A stretch of 63,590 nucleotides of DNA, the filler included, from an uncultured Rhodopirellula sp. (GTDB lineage: Bacteria; Planctomycetota; Planctomycetia; Pirellulales; Pirellulaceae): assembly GCA_964007735.1 (NCBI GenBank). It is 3 parts of 3 records of this genome, joined end to end, with 100 filler letters (N's around TTAATTAATTAA, not from the genome) between each part and the next. Parts side by side here need not be neighbours in the genome. Positions count along the whole stretch, not along the records: positions 1 to 26,219 come from CAXGAI010000058.1; positions 26,320 to 52,263 come from CAXGAI010000059.1; 1 more part is not named here. The stretch is one strand, 5' to 3'. The notes below the pieces were generated by a model. It searched no databases. It had not been told where the DNA came from and saw only the letters and a program-made list of their open reading frames with translations. Every line of letters begins with the position of its first letter. Within the stretch, counting starts at the first letter, position 1. Below, piece after piece: positions 21,601 through 31,000 of the stretch. The position numbers and the translations under genes are program-made.

Positions 21601-23138
21601 TTCCCGGTTACAATTTCGAAACCAGGCAATTCTTCGGTACTAAAATCTTCCTCTAATGGAATACCAGGCAAAACATCCACCGAAACCGATGCCGAGTCGG
21701 TTTGCCCATTGGCATCGCCTACCACATAAGTGAAAGCCTCTGAACCCGCAAAACCGGCGTCCGGCGTAAATACCAAAATATCAGCCTTGTTGTCCTGATT
21801 AAGATCACGCAATTCCACGGTTGCATTATCAACACCGCTGAAAGACACAACATGCATCGCTGTACCATCTTGCTCATGATCATCATTGGCCAACACATCG
21901 ATCGTGACTGCCTGCCCAACCACTGTCTCAGCAAAGTCACCTTCCGCAATAGGTATGGGGAGAATTTCCGAAATGTGCACATCGTCAAACCGGCTGTTGG
22001 CTCCAATAGCCAGCAGGCCAAATTTACCTGTATTGAGGTTACTGCCAAAGGTGTGACTTAAGACGTTATTTCCATCGACATTAAGCGTCGCCAACTTACC
22101 GTCAATCACCAGTTCGAGCTGATAGTTTTTGTTTTCAACCGCGTTGGTATTACCACGGCGCAATTCTCGATACTGTCCATCATTAAACTCACCAATTACC
22201 CAACGTTGAGATTGGGCATCGAGTCCGGCTATCTTGTAGTTATCATTATCCTGATAAGCAAAAACCTGATACGCGTTACGCTTAAGCCCACTCGCAAATT
22301 CAAGATTAACCGTTGACTGGAATCGAGTCTTTGAAGGAATATCCACTGTAAGGTCAATCACCGTCAATGCCCGCTCATTCGAATTGGACGGCGTTGAGTT
22401 GTATCTACTGTTCTCAATGACAAATGAGCCTTGCTGTACGGTCATCGCATCAGCCGAACCGTCATTGAAATCTTCGTTGTAGGGCAACCTTCCCGCATCG
22501 CTTATTATCAGCGAATAATCCACGATAGAAACTAGTGATTCAGGAACTTCATCATTTTCACCATAAACGAGAACCTGATGAGCAGGCTTAACATCGGCGT
22601 GATTACCGTCAAAAACCAGCGTACCCGCTGCCGTTGCCCGCATTGAGACGGTAAAGACTAATCGTTCATCTGCACCAAGCTCAGACAAACCGGCCATACC
22701 ACCGACTTCGTCAATGACACCGACACTCCCGGAAGCATCAATCGAACCTGATGAAAAATTCTTGTATGCATCAGCATGAACAATCGTACCTACTGCCTGA
22801 GCGAGTGACTTATCGAATTCGACATCCATAAAAGAGGTAAATACCCCTTTGGCATCGGCTCGCAAATCCGTCACATACCCCTCCAAATTGAACGTCTGGT
22901 TGAGAAGGACGGTGTCAACCGGGTTCCCCTGCAAATCAGTTGCCACCAATCGCATTTGTACTTTTGGGTCGTTTTCTCCTTCAGCAACATCGGCCATCCC
23001 GCCAATGATATCAGCCGCCAGTAGCTCACGACGCTCCAGCGTCTCCACCGAAAGTTTGGCCTCGATTTGTTTTTTGATCCATTGACGATCTTTAATGGAT
23101 AACCCGGATTTGGTTTTGCGACGCAGTTTCATTGGCAC
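18672..23138 (-). CDS. Large planctomycete extracellular protein: LEPRxLL-type N-terminal motif, cohesin-like domain, 5 lectin-like beta-sandwich domains alternating with 4 Ig/cadherin-like (Big_9-type) domains
   Basis: LSVETLERRELLAAD motif, four PxAxxD...TIDVLAND...FTP...FxY units, and five LP...DF.D...F.Y.D..NY...G...FDD units. Confidence 0.85.
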   Translation of the reverse strand: MPMKLRRKTKSGLSIKDRQWIKKQIEAKLSVETLERRELLAADIIGGMADVAEGENDPKVQMRLVATDLQGNPVDTVLLNQTFNLEGYVTDLRADAKGVFTSFMDVEFDKSLAQAVGTIVHADAYKNFSSGSIDASGSVGVIDEVGGMAGLSELGADERLVFTVSMRATAAGTLVFDGNHADVKPAHQVLVYGENDEVPESLVSIVDYSLIISDAGRLPYNEDFNDGSADAMTVQQGSFVIENSRYNSTPSNSNERALTVIDLTVDIPSKTRFQSTVNLEFASGLKRNAYQVFAYQDNDNYKIAGLDAQSQRWVIGEFNDGQYRELRRGNTNAVENKNYQLELVIDGKLATLNVDGNNVLSHTFGSNLNTGKFGLLAIGANSRFDDVHISEILPIPIAEGDFAETVVGQAVTIDVLANDDHEQDGTAMHVVSFSGVDNATVELRDLNQDNKADILVFTPDAGFAGSEAFTYVVGDANGQTDSASVSVDVLPGIPLEEDFSTEELPGFEIVTGNWKVVSETYVAQSRNGYSLAKIRTGMNNPAETEFSATVSMPSVSGYQSNVELVFDFADAGNYKFVGGSVNNRVWYLGQVSNGQRTIVKSQAATLSTRKEYEVAVVIRGKELAFLVGEEEVLAHTYSSTPLDGLFGLGANRSKAVVDDVEIREFVPSPVATNDSVQTVVGTPVDIAVLNNDSHESENTFIYLASVSDVENGTATLKDTNQDGKNDTITFTPAEGFRGTTSFDYVVMDNNGQQDKGNVSVTVAAALPLDVDFNDGSAVDFSYTENKWRFYGGGFQSTDTRAVNIATVNLGVELPGKYKVGASQSTQGYLASGFVFDYSDASNYKFARQTSQGYQIGQIVAGRVTILSNIRASINPNNTYDLELHVENNLVTFYADGVSKASAEIAGTLNDGKVGLYTYRSQTKFDDFFVKEIVPTPIAEDDSSQTIVNTSVTIDVLANDYHEREGDSFHITSYSRVDNGTVELVDSNNDGKNDKLTFTPDPEYRGIESFIYVIEDEAGYQDSGRVEVTVASELPININFDNNEAPDLVLSQNEWIISDEKLTAVGRSANRGIVLVGEALPVNYQVNAQINIQEAGGYNGNAYLMVNYQDEQNYVYAGADQRNRRWVIAQVSEGRTTVLVANSQNISTRTNYDLLVRVEGKEVSLIVNENQLASHTFDAHLNSGQIGVLTINGRSYFDNIVIEEYVVKSDAEDDRAGAGINETITIDVLANDYAPNGKLEITGVSLVMPNSNRATLTLVDSDQDGLEDKVQFVPATDFEGTLTFTYDVEDPKEFTDTATVTVRVADSLNYSEDFDDNQAQDFDSISGVWEVQNQRFRNDGSSYNISLVDLGEETPADFETGVTINSQNISGKAQNGMIVFNYVDPNNYRYAGALTGGRKWVIGESVNGRLQHLTKVSDSDIAVERDLAISLLYENDIATLKYGDEQVAQWQFENSVAGSDIGLLAINAITEYDDFYARAVDDAMDDNKK

Positions 23139-23417
23139 TTCTTTTCTGATCGTAGTTTGTACGCTAGCAGTTGTGAGTATTATTTACAGGGAGTCAAACC
23201 AAAATGGCACTCCAGACGTCTCAATATGAACAATCTGGACTTTTTATAGAAGACTAATGTCTCATTACAAATAAAGCCATCTTATGGATTGAAAAGATTA
23301 GTTTAATCCAGCCCTACAGGAGAGTTCCTGTAAGCCTCAACTATTGCTTTCCTAATCTATTAAGAGTACCTACTTTTCAATGAAGTTGCAAAGAGTCTTG
23401 TAACCTCCAAAGACCCC

Positions 23418-23458
23418 AAAAAAGTAAGAGGACACATGGTATTTGCCATATATCCTCT
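23418..23458 (-). terminator. Intrinsic terminator of the 81-aa gene
   Basis: Minus strand AGAGGATATATGG-CAAATA-CCATGTGTCCTCT (two G-U pairs) followed by TACTTTTTT. Confidence 0.7.
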
Positions 23459-23490
23459 TTGCAGAACCTAAAAAGACCTGGTCTGCCAAT

Positions 23491-23736
23491 TTAAGCGGCG
23501 TTAGCCTCGTCAGTACGAACTCCCAAACGGACTGTACCATTATCAAAGTTTCGTTCCAATGTTTCTAAGCAATCTTCGGCATTGGCCAGAATTTCCGTCC
23601 ATTTGATCAATTCCTCCTGAAGATCTGAATGCTCACCAATCCCGACTGAATTGTTAAAGTATAATTCCAGATTGGCGAGAGCTTCTGCCTTCTTAGCCCG
23701 GTAATTTGCGAGTGTTGCGTTGTACAACAAGTTCAT
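23491..23736 (-). CDS. Small helical protein of the '(V/A)GIGEH' family, recalled from marine phages and marine bacteria
   Basis: Strong AAGGAG RBS, its own terminator, and the motif A.ANLELYFNNSVGIGEHSDL.EEL.K. Confidence 0.75.
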   Translation of the reverse strand: MNLLYNATLANYRAKKAEALANLELYFNNSVGIGEHSDLQEELIKWTEILANAEDCLETLERNFDNGTVRLGVRTDEANAA

Positions 23737-24079
23737 CGAATGACTCCTTCGTTAGCTTTTCGAATAGGTAAACATCATCAAAATGTTTGAGTAAGTTTTC
23801 CTATTATTGAGAAAAGCAGATTCGCTTCAATGGCTGGTTTTCAAGACCAAAGACTGTTGAAATCAAGTATCACCGGAAATCGAAAAAGAGGCCTATTCAC
23901 GATGAGACCAAGTATCACATTCTCCATTGGCATAAAATCCTAGGCTGTTCTTAAAAGAATTGCCCTCAGGTCTCTAATGCAACACAATCTCAGTCAATTT
24001 GACGATTTCCACACGCTTATGGAAGCAAATTTGAAAGGGAAAAAAGGAGCCGTTTTTTTAAGAAAAATTATGACGTTGA

Positions 24080-24736
24080 TTACTCCAAAGGCCTGATTCT
24101 AATCCTTCGATAGGAGGCTTCCTGAGCAGGACCACCATGCACTTGCAAGCCAATAATACCGGCTCGTGCAATACCCGCTTCTTTTTCGACATATTCAACG
24201 GTCTTGACTCCATTGATTACAACTTTAATCTTTGCTCCCTGACAACGAATCACGACATCATTCCAGTCATCTTTTTTAAAGTGATCGACCACTGGCTTTT
24301 GCGGAGCCTCCACCAAGAACTTGTTTCTACGGGATTCATCATAAAGCCAGCCCCAAATATTGTTCTCCCCCATGACTCCCATATCGCACTGATATCCAAT
24401 CACTTCGTGATGATTCTCGATCCGTTTACTGCGAAATTGAATACCGGCATTTCGATAATCCGTTCCCACCAACCGAGCCTGCAATCGCAGCTCAAAATCA
24501 CCATATGATTTCGTCGTGCATAGAAATTCGTTGTTGGGCACAGCCTTTTCCAAATCACCTGCAATAATCGCCCCTGCTTCGATACGAAACCAATTCAGAT
24601 TACCTTCCCAGCCCTGAAACGTTTTGCCATCGAAGATCCATTCAAAACCCTTTTCAAGTTTCACCTCTTCTTCGGCAGCATTAACAAGCGGACTCAATGC
24701 AAAAAAGAGTAGTGTGGAAGAAATCAGTTTATACAT
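24080..24736 (-). CDS. DUF1080 (3-keto-disaccharide hydrolase-like) exported protein
   Basis: Signal peptide, IFDGKTFQGW, YGDFEL, NAGIQFRS, GYQ.D, WN...I, GIIGLQVH and YRRIRI. Confidence 0.93.
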   Translation of the reverse strand: MYKLISSTLLFFALSPLVNAAEEEVKLEKGFEWIFDGKTFQGWEGNLNWFRIEAGAIIAGDLEKAVPNNEFLCTTKSYGDFELRLQARLVGTDYRNAGIQFRSKRIENHHEVIGYQCDMGVMGENNIWGWLYDESRRNKFLVEAPQKPVVDHFKKDDWNDVVIRCQGAKIKVVINGVKTVEYVEKEAGIARAGIIGLQVHGGPAQEASYRRIRIRPLE

Positions 24737-24925
24737 CGAAGAATTCCTATTAATAGAAAGAATTAAGGAGCATTACCTTTGGCTGAAGTTGCCTAGCATT
24801 CTAGCAAGGTTCATTATTCAATTCTAAAATAAATACTTAAGTTGATGTGTTGCGAGGTAGCTGAGCCTATCCAATGCATCACTCTTCGCTGTATGAACCT
24901 TCATTGCCAACAAAGATCAAATCAC

Positions 24926-26219
24926 ATGACTGATTCACTTAATAAATATAGTTCACGTATTACGCAACCTCGTAGTCAGGGTGCTTCTCAGGCAATGCTT
25001 TATGCAACGGGCATGTCGGAAGAGGACATGAACAAAGCGCAGGTCGGGATTGCCAGCGTGTGGTATGAAGGCAACCCATGCAACATGCATCTACTGGATC
25101 TCTCGGTGGAAGTGAAGCAGGGAGTCACTGATGCCGGACTCTACGGTATGCGTTTCAACACCGTTGGCGTATCGGATGGAATCAGTATGGGTACCGATGG
25201 CATGAGTTTTTCTTTGCAATCGCGAGACCTGATCGCTGATTCCATCGAAACCATCATGGGAGCTCAGTGGTACGACGCTCTGGTAACCATTCCCGGGTGC
25301 GATAAAAACATGCCTGGCTGTATTATGGCAATGGGACGACTGAACCGTCCGGCGTTGATGGTTTACGGTGGAACAATTAAGCCCGGATGTTACAACGACC
25401 AGAAACTGGACATCGTTTCCGCTTTCCAAAGCTATGGCGAATACATCACCGACAAAATCGATGATGAGACTCGTCAGGGCATCGTCCGCAACTCATGTCC
25501 CGGTGCCGGTGCTTGTGGCGGAATGTACACGGCCAACACCATGGCCACTGCCATCGAAGCCATGGGAATGTCACTCCCCTACTCCGCTTCCATCCCGGCT
25601 GTGGATCCTGACAAGGTAAACGAATGCCACGAAGCCGGAGCCGCTATTCGCAATCTGATGGAACTAGACCTCAAACCACGTGACATTATGACCCGAGAAG
25701 CGTTTGAAAATGCGATGGTCATGGTCATGGCCTTGGGTGGCTCTACCAATGCTGTATTACACCTCCTGGCCATCGCCCGCAGCGTTGACATCCAGCTAAC
25801 GATTGATGACTTTCAGTCTGTCAGTGATCGTGTCCCTTACATTGGTGACTTGAAACCTTCCGGGAAATTCGTTCAGGAAGACCTACACAGTGTGGGCGGT
25901 ACACCTGGTGTCATGAAGTACATGCTGGAGAAGGGTTATCTAAACGGCGACTGCATGACTGTGACGGGTAAAAGTCTCGGCGACAACCTCGACGCTTTAC
26001 CAGGACTGGTAGAAGGCCAGACTATTGTACAAACCGTGGAAGAACCAATTAAAGCTTCCGGACACCTTCGGATCCTGCGAGGAAACGTGGCACCGGAGGG
26101 AGCCGTCGCGAAAATCACTGGTAAAGAGGGCCTTACATTTACTGGTACTGCCAATTGTTTCGATAGCGAAGAAGAAATGCTTAAAGCATTAGAAGAAGGG
26201 AAAATCGTCGCCGGTAATG
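24926..26219 (+). CDS. ilvD: Dihydroxy-acid dehydratase, truncated by the contig end
   Basis: [54 protein letters not shown] and [11 protein letters not shown]. The [2Fe-2S]-type subclass is inferred from PCNMH. Confidence 0.97.
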
Positions 26220-26319
26220 NNNNNNNNNNNNNNNNNNNNNNNNNNNNNNNNNNNNNNNNNNNNTTAATTAATTAANNNNNNNNNNNNNNNNNNNNNNNNN
26301 NNNNNNNNNNNNNNNNNNN
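26220..26319. other. Artificial contig linker (44 N + TTAATTAATTAA + 44 N)
   Basis: The 12-mer places stops in all six frames and is flanked by N runs. An identical linker is at 52264. Confidence 0.98.
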
Positions 26320-26529
26320 AGCCGCATCCGGCAAAGAATTATCTCCCTTGACGGCAACAGCTTTACCACCGGCTTCTTCTATTTCTTTCACCGTCGCCGC
26401 AGCTGCTTCATCGCGTGACAAATAATTCAAGGAAACTGAAGCACCTTCTGAGGCTAATCGCGAACCAAGCGCTTTGCCGATACCTCGTGTACCACCGGTA
26501 ATTAATACATGTTTTCCTTCAAACGACAT
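26320..26529 (-). CDS. SDR family oxidoreductase (FabG-like), N-terminal fragment cut by the contig edge
   Basis: LITGGTRGIGKA...NY...GGKAVAVKGD, with a GGAGG RBS. Confidence 0.88.
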
Positions 26530-26605
26530 GGTGTCTCCTCCTGTGAATATTCATGCTTATATGAGAGTGTGATTGCAACGATCAATGTCAACGATTCGAT
26601 ATCAC

Positions 26606-28051
26606 TTACGCTAACATTTTTTCAACCAAATTACCGTGGACATCCGTTAGACGATGATGACGCCCCTGATACTTGTAGGTCAGGCGGGTATGTTGAATTC
26701 CTAAGCAATGTAATAACGTCGCATTGAGATCATGGATATGAATCGGATCTTCTTCAATGTTGTAACTAAAGTCATCTGTTTTACCGATTACCTGCCCTTC
26801 TCGGATACCGCCGCCGGCGGCCCAAATCGTAAAACAACGCGGGTGATGGTCTCGGCCATAGTCTGTATCAGTCAGGGTGCCCTGACAATACACCGTTCGA
26901 CCAAACTCGCCAGCCCAGATTACCAACGTATCCTTCAACATATCACGTTGCTTCAAATCGTTAATAAGAGCTGCCGAGGCCTTATCCGTTGCTGCTGCCT
27001 GCTTCCGGATTCCTTTGGGTAAAAACGTATGCTGATCCCAACCACGGTGATACAACTGGATAAACCTAACACCACGTTCGGCCAGTCGTCGAGCCAATAA
27101 GCAATTAGCGGCATAAGAGCCTGGCGTATTAACCTCTCCACCGTACTTATCCAAGACATGCTGGGGCTCCTTCGAGAAATCAGCTAGTGCTGGTACGGAT
27201 GCCTGCATCCGAAACGCCATTTCATACTGTGAGATTCGAGTTTCAATTTCAGGGTCACCCGTTTCTTCGATACGCTTTTGATTTAAAAGCGATAAATCAT
27301 CTAACAGGGCCCGACGATCCTTACGAGTCACTCCTGGAGGGTTCGAAAGAAACAAAACTGGATCACCTGTACGACGCAATTTCACTCCCTGATGATGAGA
27401 AGGTAAAAAACCCGCTCCCCAAAGGCGGTCATAGAGAGGCTGCCCGCCTTCCCCGGAAGTCATCGCAATAAAGGTCGGCAAGTCGTCGTTTAAACTTCCC
27501 AAACCATAGGAAAGCCATGCTCCAAAACTTGGTCTCCCAGCGATTTGAGTACCCGTTTGCATTAGTGTGATCGCCGGATCATGATTGATCGCTTCGGTAT
27601 ACAATGTCCGAATGAATGTCACATCGTCGACAATACCACTCGTATAAGGCAATAGCTCGCTAACCCAGGCTCCACTTTGACCATATTGCTTAAAGTCGAA
27701 AATGGACGGAGCAATAGGGAAATTCTCCTGAGCCGCTGTCATACCCGTTAGTCGTTGACCATTGCGCACACTATCCGGTAGGTCGTCACCGACCCACTGT
27801 TTCAGCTTTGGCTTATGATCATACAAGTCAATTTGCGATGGAGCACCGCTTTGACACAAGTAGATTACCCGCTTTGCCTTGGGGGGCAATAATACCCCAC
27901 CATGCTCTTTTGTAGTCTCGGCAGATAACAAGCTATTCATCGCAGCAGAAGCAAGTGAGACCCCTCCGCCCATCAAAAAATGACGGCGATTATGTAACCA
28001 ACCCGCTTTAGTAACCGGATCTTGCATCGATGTATTATTTCCAAATGACAT
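26606..28051 (-). CDS. DUF1501 family protein (sulfatase-like fold, Tat signal)
   Basis: NRRHFL, KAKRVIYL.QSGAPSQIDLYD.KP, CLLARRLAERGVRFIQL, WDQH, GEFGRT and GRDHHP. Confidence 0.93.
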   Translation of the reverse strand: MSFGNNTSMQDPVTKAGWLHNRRHFLMGGGVSLASAAMNSLLSAETTKEHGGVLLPPKAKRVIYLCQSGAPSQIDLYDHKPKLKQWVGDDLPDSVRNGQRLTGMTAAQENFPIAPSIFDFKQYGQSGAWVSELLPYTSGIVDDVTFIRTLYTEAINHDPAITLMQTGTQIAGRPSFGAWLSYGLGSLNDDLPTFIAMTSGEGGQPLYDRLWGAGFLPSHHQGVKLRRTGDPVLFLSNPPGVTRKDRRALLDDLSLLNQKRIEETGDPEIETRISQYEMAFRMQASVPALADFSKEPQHVLDKYGGEVNTPGSYAANCLLARRLAERGVRFIQLYHRGWDQHTFLPKGIRKQAAATDKASAALINDLKQRDMLKDTLVIWAGEFGRTVYCQGTLTDTDYGRDHHPRCFTIWAAGGGIREGQVIGKTDDFSYNIEEDPIHIHDLNATLLHCLGIQHTRLTYKYQGRHHRLTDVHGNLVEKMLA

Positions 28052-28054
28052 AAC

Positions 28055-31000
28055 TTATTCTCTGTTAATGACCTCGTCCAGGTTTAACAGCATACTGGCA
28101 ACCACTGTATAAGCAGCCAATTGATGTGGCTTTAAGGATTCATCCGCTGTACTTTCACCAAAGCCAATTAATTCAATGGCGGCCTGTTGGTCCTTGGAAT
28201 ACCGCTCAAGGCTTCTCTGTAATGATTTGCTTAGAATACTCATTTCATAGTCCGTTGGTTGGCGACTTGTCACCTGACGCCATCCCCACCTTAGGCGATC
28301 AGCTCGTTCACTTTCCCGCTTCATCATTTGTTGAGCCAGGTTCCTAGCCGCTTCGACATAAGAAATCTCATTTAACAACGCTAAGGCCTGTAGAGGTGTG
28401 TTTGTCCGAGAACGGGACAACACACATATTTCTCTGCTTGATGCATCAAACGTTACCATCGTTGGTGGCGGTACTGTTCGTTTCCAGAATGTATACATTC
28501 CACGTCGATAGAGATCTTCTCCCGACCCCTGATCATATGCCTGACTCGCTATTTCCTTCCAAAGGCCCTCCGGTTGATACGGTTTGACGCTCGAGCCACC
28601 AATTTTCCCATTCAGTAAACCGCTTACAGCTAATGCCTGATCTCTTAGTATCTCTGCTGGCAAACGCAAACGTGAGGCACGACCAAGCCATACATTCTCA
28701 GGATCAACAGACCATTGTTCTTTGGTAATTGTTGAATCTTGGCGGTAAGTACTACTCATGACAATCAACTTCACCAGCCTTTTCACATCCCAGCCACTCT
28801 CAAGGAAATCAACTGCTAACCAATCCAACAGATGAGGATGCGTTGGAGGAGCTCCCTGAGATCCAAAATCTTCCAGCGTCTTAACAATTCCCCTGCCAAA
28901 AAACTGGTGCCAAAATCGATTGACGATAACTCGAGCGGTTAGCGGATTTTCGTCACCAACAATCCACTTCGCTAAATCCAAACGCGACTCAAACACTTCT
29001 CCCTGCTGTGCCCGGAATAATGAACGAGGAACATTCATCGAGACCTCTTCACCAGGATTGTCATACTGTCCGCGAATGAGCACGTGAGTTTTTCCGCGTT
29101 CCTGCTTTTCCTGCATCACCATCGACGTGGGAATCGCATCCAGGAAACGACGAGACTTTGATTCCAGTTTCCTTAAAGCCCTGTAATCTTCACCGTCCTG
29201 TGAATCATCCACCTGGTCGAGATAATAATGCAGCAACTTCTCTTGCTGGGCTGCGGTTCGTTTTTCCGTCGCAGCAATCTCAGCAGGCGTACTGACAACT
29301 GCCAGACTTCTCAATTCCTGCGGTCCCAAATCTCGCAAATAGAAACGGGTTTCATCCAGCAATCCTTGCAAATGTTGTTGTTCCCCTTCGGCGCCAATAA
29401 CTAATGTCGGATTCGTTTTGTAAGTTCCGGTGAAGATGTCAAGTAGGACATCTACATCCTGCCGAACTCCGTTGACGTAAATCCCCATGCCGCGCGCCAT
29501 CTGCGTACCGTCTGAGGTAAAAGCGATGTGCACCCACTCTCCAGATGGGATTGACCGTTTCGTTCGGATACGGACGGAGTCATCCAGCCAACGCGGCCCA
29601 AAATTGACCTGAACTTTGTTATCCATCAAGCTCCAGCTAAATCCCTGAGGTCGACGGTCATCGGGGTTCAACATACTCATAATGGTGCCACTCGAAGGTT
29701 CATCCACTTTAAGCCAAGTGCTAAGTGTCAGTCGCTGATGACCCGCAAACTGAATAATCGCACCGCCGTCAACTCGATAGGACCTATCCAGTTTCAACGC
29801 CTGCCCGCTAATACCTTTTACATACCGAGCCTGAGCCTGTCCTCTCAACGAAGCCTGATAGAGCTCTTTGGAAACCTCTCCGGTATTAATCACATCATAA
29901 TCTTCGGCTTTCCCTTCCACTTCATAGGTTTGTTGCTCATGCGTGTCATCCCAGGCAAACCTGATCATGAGATCCTGATGAATAACAGGCTTCGTTGGAG
30001 CCTGTTTCGTTCCGAGATTGGTCATCCGCTGCTGAATACTCGTCGCATTCAAATCCAGTCGTTGACGCAATCCAGCCATCTTCGACTCGTAGTCCTTCAA
30101 CTGCATTGCCATTTGCGGTGTTGGAGCTTTGATTACCGGGAACGAATTCCCATACTTAATTACGCGACCTCGTTCAGGGATGTTATTAAAGAACGCCATC
30201 ACTTCGTAGAATTCTTTCTGCGAAATCGGATCGTATTTATGATCATGACACCGGGCACATCCCATTGTCAGTCCAAGCCAAACAGTCGCCGTGGTATCTA
30301 CTCGATCTACTGCATACTCAACAAGGTATTCTTCAAAGACAATCCCACCTTCTGAGTTCGAGCGATGATTACGATTGAATCCTGTCGCCAAAATCTGATC
30401 TGTCGTGGCATCCGGAAGCAGATCACCGGCCAACTGTTCGACCGTAAAATCACTGAATGGTTTATTTGAATTAAAGGACTCGATGACCCACTCGCGCCAA
30501 CGCCACATATGCCGTTCACCATCCGTTTGATAACCGTTGGTATCTGCATATCGAGCAACATCCAGCCATTGCATCGCCATTCGTTCACCATAACGTTCAC
30601 TCTTTAACAAACGATCCACAACATGTTCGTAAGCTTCTGGAGATTTATCCATTAGAAAAGCTTTCACCGCAGCCTGAGTTGGAGGAAGCCCTGTTAAATC
30701 TAGTGTGACACGACGTATCAGCTTCTCTTTAGAAGCCATCGTTGACGGCAAAATACTATTTTGCCGTAATTTTTCCAGCACAAACGTATCAATTGCATTA
30801 GCCACCCATGGATCCTTGAACGTACTGGGTAATGCTGGCTTAACCGGAGGCTCAAATGCCCAATGATCTTTCCAAACAGCTCCTTGCTCAATCCAGGCTT
30901 TAATCAACTGAATCTGAGCTTCCGAAAGTGTCAACGGAGCTTCTTCCGGAGGCATGCGTTCGGCCGGATCCTGTGCTGTAATCCGTTGGAATAAAAGGCT

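Noticed and set aside
26220..26319. TTAATTAATTAA palindrome inside N runs (also 52264-52363) and ORFs ending in X...LIN
   Set aside because: Synthetic six-frame-stop contig linker. The truncations of ilvD, the SDR and the coiled-coil gene are assembly artefacts, not pseudogenes.
29738..30355. 205-aa plus-strand ORF
   Set aside because: Antisense to the well-supported DUF1549/1553 gene.
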